Assembly (NCBI GenBank): GCA_012295275.1
Contig: CM022675.1
Coordinates: forward strand, 15,872,001-15,936,000
DNA: 64,000 nt
Reading direction: 5' to 3'
DNA from: Chrysomallon squamiferum
Lineage: Eukaryota; Animalia; Mollusca
Both the position numbers and the translations under genes were made by a program. Within the stretch, counting starts at the first letter, position 1. Each line of letters opens with the position of its first letter. The notes under the pieces are model-generated. The model made no database searches, had not been told where the DNA came from, and worked only from the letters and a program-made list of their open reading frames with translations. Shown piece by piece: positions 1 to 12,303 of the stretch.

Positions 1-567
1 ACATTTCTTCTCTAGTTTTTATTTTTTTACAAAGTAATATAAGTAAGGATGCATACATGTTGAATTTACATGTAACTGATAGCAGATTTTATATTGGTAG
101 CTTACTGAATGGCATAATATCCTGTCAGTGCAGGAAACTGTACATAAAATATCTCTTAACACCACTTCAAAATTATCAAAAGTTCTAAGTTACTAAATAT
201 TTATATAATAAACAACAATAATTTTATATTTGTATGTCTGTTATTTTATTTTAATTTCTATTTATTTATTTCTATTTATTTATTTAATTTATTTACTTAT
301 TTATTTAATTTATTTACTGCTTTATTTATTTATTTAGTTAGTTATTTGTTTATTTATTTATTTAGTTAGTTAGTTAGTTGTTTGTTTATTTATTTTTACT
401 TCTTTATTAATTTATTTATTTATTTAGTTGTTTATTTATTTATTTAGTTAGTTAGTTAGTTGTTTATTTATTTATTTATTTATTTACTTCTTTATTTATT
501 TATTTAGTTAGTTGTTTGTTTATTTATTTATTTAGTTAGTTATTTGTTTATTTATTCATTTATTTAT

Positions 568-598
<31 letters not shown>

Positions 599-657
599 AT
601 TTATTTATTTACTTATTTACTTATTTATTTATTTGTTAATTTATTTACTTATGACAG

Positions 658-3600
658 GAGCAGAGTGGAAGTAGTGTTCCGTCCATTCTGAACCGGATGA
701 TCACGAAGCAGGAACCTCCGACTTACAACCGCACCAACAAACTCACCTCAGGCTTTCAGGGAATCGTTGATGCATATGGGGTGGCCAGCTACAGAGAAAT
801 TAACCCAGGTAGATACTTCACACACTACAGTGCTTAGTTTCGTTGTTCATTCATTCATTAACATAAATAAATGTTTTGCACACTATAGTCAGTATACTTT
901 TTGTTTTATGCAAAATAACCAGTGTGGTGGTATTAATTTTTCATTTATTTCTTATTTGAGACCTGCAATCAGGTGAAATATCTCTATATGAATACATTTT
1001 TTTTACCTTTAAGTTACTAACATAAGAAACTGTAAAATTAGTGTTGTACTGAGCAGCAGAAATAGTGATATCTTACAATTTTCAGATTGTTTTGCATATA
1101 TACAAAACTATTATATCAAAAAATCCTGCAGACTATTTGCGTAAGTTGAATTTGGATAAATGGAATTTCTGTTTAGACTTATAAGGCTATTTCTTTATGT
1201 TCCAAAATAATAAAAATTCTGAAGTTTAGAAAAAATCTTACTCTTAATATCATCTGTTTTTGTTTTGTTTTCAGCTCCATACACGATAATAACATTCCCG
1301 TTTCTGTTTGCTGTCATGTTTGGAGACATGGGACATGGCCTCATCATGTTTCTCTTCGCTTTGTTTCTTGTTCTCAAAGAAAAAGAGCTGGCAGCCAAGA
1401 AGATAGATGATGAGGTAAATTCCACAAATATGACAATAAAACAGAAAGATTTTGTGTTCAAATTGTTTCTTTGGATTTGATGAATGAACTTGACAATTTA
1501 ATTTCTTTTTTTTTTTTTTTTTTTTTTTATTTTTATTTTTTTTTCTCAAATTATATCTTTGGAAGTATCAAATGAAATCAGTTCTTTCTTGATTTTGTTT
1601 TAGAAACTTTTTCTTTTCAAATATCAAATAAAAAAAGAAATTCTATTTTTTTCCAATAATAAGGGAATGAAATAAGAAAGTCTGATGTTTTTGTTTTCAG
1701 ATTTTCAAGACATTCTTTGGAGGCCGATACATCATCTTACTGATGGGTTTGTTCTCAATCTACACTGGGTTCATCTACAATGACATCTTCTCAAAGTCTC
1801 TCAATGTGTTTGGCAGTCAGTGGAGAGCGTAAGTTTCTAAATATTTATCACTATGTATGTATATATATTTAAATTTAGTATTTGTTGTGATTATAATAAG
1901 CAAATTTCATGTAAGATTATTTAATTATTTTTCGCAGCTAGTGTAATACATGTAGTGATCAGTCTGTGATTTAATTGTGTTATAGCTTTGACTCAGAAAT
2001 TTTCAGTTACAGAAAAACAAACTGTTTCCTCAGATCCAGAAAAAGCTTCCTGGGTGGAAATAAAAAAAAAAGAAAACCAAAGCAATAATAGATAAGCAGT
2101 AAAACACTAGAAACTGTGATCAGTTGTGGTAGCATCAAACAGAAATAAGACAACAGTTATTTGTCTCTGGAAACAAGAGTCAAGACAGCCAAGTATGCTG
2201 CAGATAATGGCAACCCTCTTACCATGAAACATTTCAGTAGTTTGTGAAACAGCAGCACTTGTCAGCAGAAGTATTGTTACAGCAACTGCCACCATTCACA
2301 AAAACAAACCACTGCTTGTATAAAGTTCTGGGCTTGTCATGTCTGACAAATCTTGGACAGTTTTGTTGCTAAAATGAATTGGATTTCTGATGTGTAAATG
2401 TACTAAAACAGCTAGGAAAGTGTCATCAGATTTTGAAAAAGAATAGAAAAACTTCATTATGGCAGTAGGGGAGAAAATCTTAAATAAGAAAATACTTATA
2501 CCTGAGTTAGCAATTAACTTAGACTGGTATTAAAATTGTTCCTGTGTCCACCAGTATGTTTGCTGCATTGGGAGGGTTCAAGCAAAATGGTATCCTAAAA
2601 ACAGTTCATTGCTGCTGGATTGTGAAATGTTTAAGAAAGATATGGACTGTATCAAACAGGTTGGATAAAAAAAAAGGGCTGTAAAACAAACTCTAAACCT
2701 TCCCAAGAATAAATGTGCTCACTTGAGTATAAAAAAAAAAGAAACAAACATTTATTGTTTGTCGACTGACTGAATGTTTTATTCTTTCTTGGTGAAAGTG
2801 TTTAGCATTTTATGTAAATTAAAACTCTTGTACACTGATTCACATATTTCTCCCCTTTGTTTATTTAAGGCCTGTTTAACAAAAATAAATGCATTTTCAG
2901 ATTACTGTATCTGTCAGTGGCATAATATTTATCATTAGTTTAATTCACACATTAGTTTCATGTTTTATAGTGTTTACATATACTTGTTCATATTACAAGT
3001 ATTTGCTATATTGGTATCAAATATTTACATGCTTACATAACAAGAACATATAATTGTAACATATATTTACATGTAATGTTATCTGTATTAGATATTTATA
3101 ACAGTATTTTCATATATTTATGTCACTTATTTGTAGTGGATATTATTTACCTGCATCTGTATTAGTACATATATATTAGTACGTGTTGAGAAGTCTTGAT
3201 CTGAAGTTCTTGGGACTGGAAGTGTTTTAGATTTTGGTATATAAGGAGATAAATTACATTTAAATTTATAAATAATCTGCAGGATTGTTTAAGGTTAGTG
3301 AATGCAAACCAGTCTGAAACACTATTTCTTCTGACTGGAAAATGTTTCCTCTGGGATTCTCTACCTGTAACAAATATTTACATATATTTGTAACATATTT
3401 ACATCTATTTGTAATGAATATTTACATATTATGTAACAAGGATTTACACACATTTGTATCAGATATTTACAAACTTTTATAACATGTAGTCTGATGTTGG
3501 TATCAGATTTTTACCTCAGTAAATAAGTGAATTTTAAAAAGTCAGTACATGAACAGTTATGAGTGGAGTTTAAAAAGGCAGTACATGAACAGTTATGAGT

Positions 3601-5248
3601 GAAGTTTAAAAAAGTACATAACAGTTATGAGTGAAGTTTAAAAAGATACATGAACAGTTATGAGTGAAGTTTAAAAAAGTACATAACAGTTATGAGTGAA
3701 GTTTAAAAAGGTACATGAACAGTTTGAGTGAAGTTTAAAAAAAAGTACATAACAGTTACATGAACAGGTTATGAAGTTTAAAAGGTACATGAACAGTTAA
3801 AAAGTTTAAAAGATACATGAACAGTTATGAGTGAAGTTTAAAAAGATACATGAACAGTTACATGAAAAGATACATGAACAGTTATGAGTGAAGTTTAAAA
3901 AGGTACATGAACAGTTATGAGTGAAGTTTAAAAAGGCAGTACATGAAGTTATGAGTAAAGATTAAAAAGTCAGTACATGAACAGTTATGAGTAAAATTTA
4001 AAAAGTCAGTACATGAACAGTTATGAGTAAAATTTAAAAAGTTTGAACAGTTATGAGTAAAATTTTAAAATGAACAGTTTATGGAGTTTAAAAAGGCAGT
4101 ACATGAACAGTTTAAAAGTTTAAAAAGTACATGAACAGTTATGAGTGAAGTTTAAAAAGGTACATAACAGTTGAATGAAAAGTTATAACAGTTATGAATG
4201 AAGTTTAAAAGGTACATAACATGAAGTTTAAAAAGGTACATAACAGTTATGAATGAAGTTTAAAAAGGCAGTACATGAACAGTTATGAGTAAAGATTAAA
4301 AAGGTACATGAACAGTTATGAGTAAAGTTTAAAAAGGTACATGAACAATTATGAGTAAAGTTTAAAAAGATACATGAACAGTTATGAGTGAAGTTTAAAA
4401 AGATACATGAACAGTTATGAGTAAAGTTTAAAAAGGCAGTACATGAACAGCTATGAGTGAAGTTTAAAAAGGCAGTACATGAACAGTTATGAGTAAAGTT
4501 TAAAAAGGTACATGAACAGTTATGAGTGAAGTGTTTTGTTTTATTTCAGTAATTATACTAATGCCACTCTACTACATTCTGCCCAGCTGCAGCTTGACCC
4601 AGATGGTGGTTTCCTAGGATCTCCATACCCTATAGGCTTGGATCCTGTGAGTGTTTATTATTATTGGTTGTTATCATTTTTATTATTGACTCTTATTCTT
4701 GAACTGTAGTTGTAACAAGTGATAACAAGCAATCCTGTCAACATTGATAAATGTTATCTGTCTTTAGTTCTAGAAAAACAGTCAAAGTTTCAACTGATGT
4801 TTTTATTTAAGGAATAACAGAAAAAAAAAAAAAAAAAATATTAAGTTGATACTGTCTGCACAGTTTGAATATTTTATACCGTTTGAGTGTATAAAATTTA
4901 TTTTGAAAAAATTATTTATCTAGAGTAAATACTAAATAAGCTGATGGCTTTTCAGCTAGTATGAACTGATTGATCATACATCATTAGACTCGGTTGAGCA
5001 TTATAATGTCTTGTATAAAATGATTTCAGCTATTTAAAGAAATTACTTTTAAGAAAAACAAATACAAACTAAATCCCATCCAATTAAAAACAAAATGATT
5101 TTTCATACATTTTAATATTTTAGTTTTTTTAGTTAAGTAGAGGTACTGGGATAACCCTAAAAACATTACATACAACAATTTTTTAATTATTTGTTTTAAT
5201 TTTCTAAATTTAATTTCCAAGTGAAAAATGTGTCACTCATTATTATTC

Positions 5249-5297
<49 letters not shown>

Positions 5298-8200
5298 TAC
5301 TGTTATTATTATTACTGTTATTATTATCATTATCATTATTATCATCATTATTATTATTACTAATACTACTACTAATATTATTATTATTTCCACTACTACT
5401 ACTATTATTATTATTATTACTATTACTACTACTACTACTACTATTATATTATTATTGTTACTATTATTATTACTATTACTACTACTACTACTACTATATT
5501 ATTACTATTATTGTTACTGTTATTATTATTGTTGTTGTTATTATTTTTGTTATTGTTCTTATTATTATTATTATTATTACTATTACTATTATTATTATTA
5601 TAATTATTGTTGTTATTATTATTATTATTGTTGGTGTTATTACTATTATTGTTATCGTTATTATTGTTATTATTCTTGTTATTATTATTATTGTTATTAT
5701 TATTGTTATTGTTGTTGTTGTTGTTGTTATTATTATTATTGTTGTTATTGTTATTACTACAGGTCTGGCAGATGGCAGAGAACAAGATACAATTTATGAA
5801 TTCATTCAAGATGAAAACGTCTATAATACTTGGTGTTGGTCAGATGTTCTTTGGGCTCTCACTGGCTTTAGTTAATCACAGGTAAATAATACTTTGTTAA
5901 TCACAGGTAAATAATACTTTGTTAATCACAGATAAATAATTCTTTGTTAATCACAGGTAAATAATGCTTTGTTAATCACAGGTAAATAATTCTTTGTTAA
6001 TCACAGGTAAATAATGCTTTGTTAATCACAGGTAGTTAATCACATAATAATGCTTTGTTAATCACAGGTAAATAATATTTTATTAATCACTGGTAAGTAA
6101 TATCTACAGTCTCAGACTCCCATGACTCACATACATATGGATGGATCAGTATGCACATACATAACTAGAGCAACGATGTAGTCACTTTAATGTCAAATAA
6201 ACATTTAAATTTATAAACTTTTATTCACATACTTGAAAAAGCTGTTGAATTTATAAATATTTATTCTGATATTTAAAAAAGCTGTTGAATTTTTAAACTT
6301 TTTTTTTTTGGATATTTTAAAAAGCAATGGAATTTAAAATTTTATTTAAATTTTTGAAAAAGCCATTGAATATATAAATATTTATTCAGCTACTTAAAAA
6401 AGCCACTGAATGTGTAAACATTTTGTACTTCTACTAATTGTTGAATGTTTATTCAGGTACTTCAAAAGGCCGTTGAATATTATCTGCGAGTTTGTCCCAC
6501 AGATGATCTTTCTCTTCTGTATGTTTGGCTATCTGGTCATCCTGGTCTTTAAGAAGTGGGTAATGCATCTTGTCCCATCTGAGGCACCCAGTCTGCTAAT
6601 TGGTAAGTTAACATGTTAGTGTTTTACATTACTAATGTCAGTTCTCTGACGAATTACATAACCAAACACCAGCATCTGGGTGAATCACACTGCTTTCAGT
6701 GCACTGCCTCATTCTGAAAGGTTGGGCTTAAGTGTGGGTGGGGGCAGCAGGGGGTCATTTTTAACATGCAGCATCTCAGAAAAAGAAAAGCACATGACAT
6801 TTTATTCTGCAGATGGGTTTCTCTCGTATTTTGCATTTGTCATCTCAAATCATGAATACATCAAGTTTGAGTGATAAATCAGACATCTTATTATTTGGCT
6901 TTTCTTCTTGTACAAAGTGTTGTGTAAAAGATTCTAGCTGCTAGTTTGTTAAATCAGTAAACAGAAGAAAGGCAGCAGGTTTCCTCTCGTATTATTCAAA
7001 ATGTACAAACCCAACTAGTGACTCACAAACAGTTTTTCAAACACTGCTTTATCCAGCAGTGGGAAGGTTCTAATAAAAGATTCCTTGCTGCTAACTAAAA
7101 AAAAAAGGGTAGCCTGTTTCACATAACACATTTTGTCATTTGTGTTTGCTTTAACCATCAGTTTTGGTATTCAGAGTCAGGTGTGATTGTATTTGGGATT
7201 ATATTTATAATTGTAATAATTTCACTGACAGGTTTGGTTTACTTTATTCACACCTGTAATCATAAATTTTGAATAACAAATTCACAATACATTTAATTAT
7301 GTATATTAATAGCTGGTGGTTTCAGTTTAAAGTGCTTAAATTTGAAATCAAGCTACTAAATATAAAAATTGTGATTTTAAACGTAATATATCACAACATT
7401 GAACTACTGTATTTTAAAAGACAGTAATGAAACTTTAGTACCTTCATTTACGTTTGATTTATTTCAGCATATAAATATTTGTTTTGCAGGAACAATCAAC
7501 ATGTTTCTTTTCCAGTATCCTGACTATGAACCAGGGGCACCAGGCAAAGAAGGAATCAACCCATTTCTGTATGATCATCAGGTAAAAACAAAACAGTTGT
7601 CAGAATCAACCCATTTCTGTATGAGCATCAGGTAAAAAGAAAACAGTTGTCAGAATCAACCCATTTCTGTATGAGCATCAGGTAAAAACAAAACAGTTAG
7701 CAATCAGAGTTGGCAGGTTGGGACACAAACTTGAATTAAAAATTATGATATAATATCAGTTGTTGCTGTCTTCTGGTGAGAGTACTTGAATGCTGAGTGC
7801 AATCCAGAAAATCAAATCAGGATTAATTACAGTTTTTACAAGTATTTAGTTACGCTAATCTTCATATTCCTTACAAAACATGTTTCAGTTTGACAATCAC
7901 TTACTACTCACTGTTACTGTCATTTTAAATATCTGCTTAGCTAAATATTGCTATTGAAGGAAAATTCTGAACAGTCATAATTAACTTTTTAAACTGGAAG
8001 TTTAGGAAAATCTTTAAAATCTTCAGTATTGAAGTGGTCAAATAATGTATTTCCTTCTCCAGTTTCATGAAAAAAAAAAAAACGAAGTAAAAAGGTTTTA
8101 GTCTTTGTTTGATAATTGGTATTCAGTTAATGTCTAAAAACTAGTAATATGGAGTTGATACTTTCAAATAAAATTAAGCCACACACACTTGTAACAACTG

Positions 8201-10215
8201 TTGAGAATAGCTGATTTCTTGTGTCATCCTATAACATCACAGCTGGTCATTAAGAGAAATACAAGTTTCCAGTGAACCACACAACACTAAAATGTTCAGA
8301 CAGTGACCTTGTAGCAAGTGCTGACTGAAATATTACTACTCATTTAAATACACAAATACTAAAAATGTTTAAACAATGGCTTTGTAACAAGTTTGATTTA
8401 AGTGAATTACTACCAAGTTAGCTACAGACTACTAAACTGATTTTGTTGAAATCTGACTTGAATGAAGTTGTTTGTTATTTTGCAGAAAGGTTTCCAGAGT
8501 TTTCTTGTTGTCATGGCGTTGCTGTGTGTACCATGGATGCTGTTCGTTAAACCTTTCTATATGAGATACAAGTATCAACATGGACAGGTGAGAAATTATT
8601 TAATGTGTGTGTGTGTGTTTGTGTGACAGTGTTGTGTCTGTACGTACACACACACACAGTATATACTATATACATATATTTCTATAAGAAAAGAGAAATG
8701 TTAATTATATTTAGTTACTGTGTAATGGTCAGTGTTTATTATGAAATACAACGTGCTTAGATAGTCAGTTATTTTTTGTTGTTGTTTAAATCATTAGTTT
8801 TTAACAGCTGCGTTTAATTTAAATAGACTTATTAGTCTTTGGACCTTTTTGTATAATTTGTACAAAAATATTTAGTTTGTTTTACAAGTTCTGTTGAATG
8901 TTTTCCATAAAAATAAACTTAATAGAATATTTTTGTATAATTATGTATTGGTATATTTAATTTATTAAAAAACAATATTAGTAAAAATAATGTATGTACA
9001 TTATTTTTTTTATATACAATTATGTAACATTATAGTTAGTTTTAATCATTTTATTAGCAAATAAATTAAAATTAAAAAAAATAAAATATATAAATTTTTT
9101 TTTATAATTATGTATCAGTGAATTTAGTTTAATACTATAAAAAATTCATGTTTTATAAACAAATAAAAAAAAAACAATATTGCTAATAATTTTTCTGTTG
9201 TTAGAGGACAGGTATATTTAATTTAATCTGAATCTAAAGTTTGATTAACTATTTTACTTACAAATAAAATCCAATGAATTATTTTTGTTTAATTGCAATA
9301 CAGGTATTTTTAATTAAATGTGTGAAAAATTACAAATTAAATTCACTATGTTCTTTACAAATAAATCATGCAGACAAATTTTGTACAGGCATATTTATTA
9401 TGTTATAAATATTACTTAGAAAACTATTTTTATATACATACACATAATAATATCTATTTAAATATTACCTGATTATTGTTTATGGTCTGTGTTTGACAGT
9501 GTAAGTAGGAGAAAGCTGAACAAACCTCAAGGATATTAAATTAGTTCTGTTTACAGAAATCATAAACTGAAATACTCTGTTTGTTATTTAAAATGTACAT
9601 AATGAAGATCAGTGCTCACGTTCAAGGTACTAACAATTCTCACAGGAATATATACTGGGCCATTTCCAACCTCATAATTTCAACCTGTGGGAAGGCAGAT
9701 ATAAAAATTTTGTTCTGCTGATCATTGAGAGTTGACTCTATTTGTATAAAAGGAATTTGTATTTAGACATGGATCCCTTTCTCCTTACAGTCCAAAATCT
9801 GAGAAATTCATAAATCTGAAACAGTTCTGTTTCCAAAGCTTTTCAGATAAAGGAATCTCAGCCTGTTTACAAATGTGTTGAATCCTGTTAAAGAAGCATT
9901 CATTCTTTTATTAATAAATATTGTGATGAATGACTGCTTCCATTACTTTCCATGTAATGCTGAAATCATACAGTGACTTGTGTTTTAAGATGTTTGGTTT
10001 ACTGTTTTGTCAAAACATTCTCACTGTTGATCATTAACTGTTTTTAAACATTTCAATTCATTCATTCACTTGATGCATGCATGAAATTTTCAATTGATGT
10101 CAATCATTATGTTTTCTTGGATAATTTCACATTCCAATCAGTGTCTCACAGCTTGTATAATAAAGTTCATGGTCTGTGTTTTTCAGACAGATTGACTGTA
10201 GCAGATTTTCATTTT

Positions 10216-10268
<53 letters not shown>

Positions 10269-10855
10269 TATTATTTATTATTTATTTATTTTATTTATTT
10301 ATTTATTTTTTTTATTTTATTTATTTTTGGGGGCATGTTTGTGTGAAAACAAAAAAAAAAAAGAAAAAATATGTTTGTTCTGTAATAATCATTGATGTTA
10401 AATATTTTGGGATGTTGTTGTTTTATCTGTTAATGTTTCTTTTCTACAAGCTTCAAAAACAGGAAAATGAGGAAAAGGTGATGAGATAACTTGTTAGTTT
10501 TTCAGATTGTGTTCAGACTGTAGCATGTCATTGTTGTGTGCCATCTTACATGAAACAAATAGTTTTCTCTGCCTAGCCTAATACAGTGTGGACTCCATTT
10601 TCAAATAGTTTGGTCCCTGAAATATTTCTATAAAATCTGGCTTTAATTATATTTGAAATGAATATTCAAATTTATTTTCTTATTTATTTACAATATTTAT
10701 TTATTTATTTATTTATGCATTCTTATTTTGTTATTATTATTATTATAAGCACTTGCTTATTTTAAAGCATCTAATTTGATTTCTAAAATTATTAATATTG
10801 AATGAGATACAAAAGCCAGTGATTATTGTTATTATTTTAAAAATATTGTTAGTTA

Positions 10856-10886
<31 letters not shown>

Positions 10887-12128
10887 GATTTTGCAGTTGT
10901 AATTATTAATTTATTAATTTATTTATTTGGTAACATTAGTTTATTTTTGTAATTATTTTATTTCACAGTAGACATTTATTCTGCACTCATTATTTTTGCA
11001 GTATTTTGTTAAAAGTTTTTTTTATCTTGTATACTTTGAGAGCTTTTTATTGTGTTTTAATTTCCTGTGATACATTTCAAATATTGACACACTAACATGA
11101 AGTGCAAAGGACACAAGGATCAAAACTTTTTGACTGTTTTTCAGTCCAAATTAACACAGTATGGAAACTCAGTGAGACTGCTGTTAAATTAAATACTTAT
11201 TTCTTCCTGCCATGTCATTAGTTAGAGGTTTTTGTAATATATATTGTTGTTGTTTTTAGGTTGATTTTAATATTTTATCATGTTCATGTTTTCTTTTTGG
11301 TTTAATACATGTCTGCTTTGGTTATGTTTTTGTGAAAGAAGTATTTTTAATTGTTTAACTATCATCTTATGTAGAATTGTATAGAGAACAATATTAATCA
11401 CAATAATAACTATAATAACAAAAATTGTCATAATAATAATAATAATAATAATATCAATAATTCCAGTTGTAATAAGAACAACAAAGTAATTATGATAATA
11501 TAATAATAATAAAAAGAAGAAGAAGAAGATGAAGAATAATGATGTAATGACAGTAAAAAGAATGATGATGCTTCTTATGATAATAACAATGATGACAGCA
11601 GTAATAATGATGATGATGATGATGATGATATAGTAACAATGTTAATAACTAGGAGAAGAATACAACATGAATAATAACAGACTATTAGATTATAACAAAA
11701 TTTCATAAGAAATTACCAAAAAATGTGTATTAACCAATTACTTCTTAATTTAACATTACAACAAAACAAAATCCATCACAGACTGTCTGCTGTTTGCTTC
11801 ATAACTGATAACTGATTAATCATTCAACAAAACACTACAGACAAGATAACTTCTAAAATGTTTTGAATTAGTTTAAATTTGATCTTGAATATGGAGAGCG
11901 TTGGATGTATTTGTCATGCGGTTAGATTGACTGGTATGGTTTGTTGAAGGATCAAACTTTCTGAGAGCTGTTGTAGGTCTTAATCCAGTTCTAACCAGAG
12001 TTACTGTTTATCTCTGGGAAGGTACAAGTAAAAGATTTCTTACTGCTAATAACAGTACTCCTTGAAATATCTTGGGCTTTCTTTCTCTTATCACAGAAAA
12101 AAACAACAACAACAACAACAACAACAAC

Positions 12129-12172
<44 letters not shown>

Positions 12173-12267
12173 CAATAACAATAATTTAGAAATTTATAAT
12201 TTAGAAAGTAATTATTAAAATAGATACAAATTATAAATTTCTGAATTATTTCTTTTGTTATTTATTG

Positions 12268-12303
<36 letters not shown>

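Noticed and set aside
5196-5885. Long poly-Ile/Leu/Tyr/Asn ORFs
   Set aside because: Translations of trinucleotide microsatellite; only 5763-5881 is a real exon.
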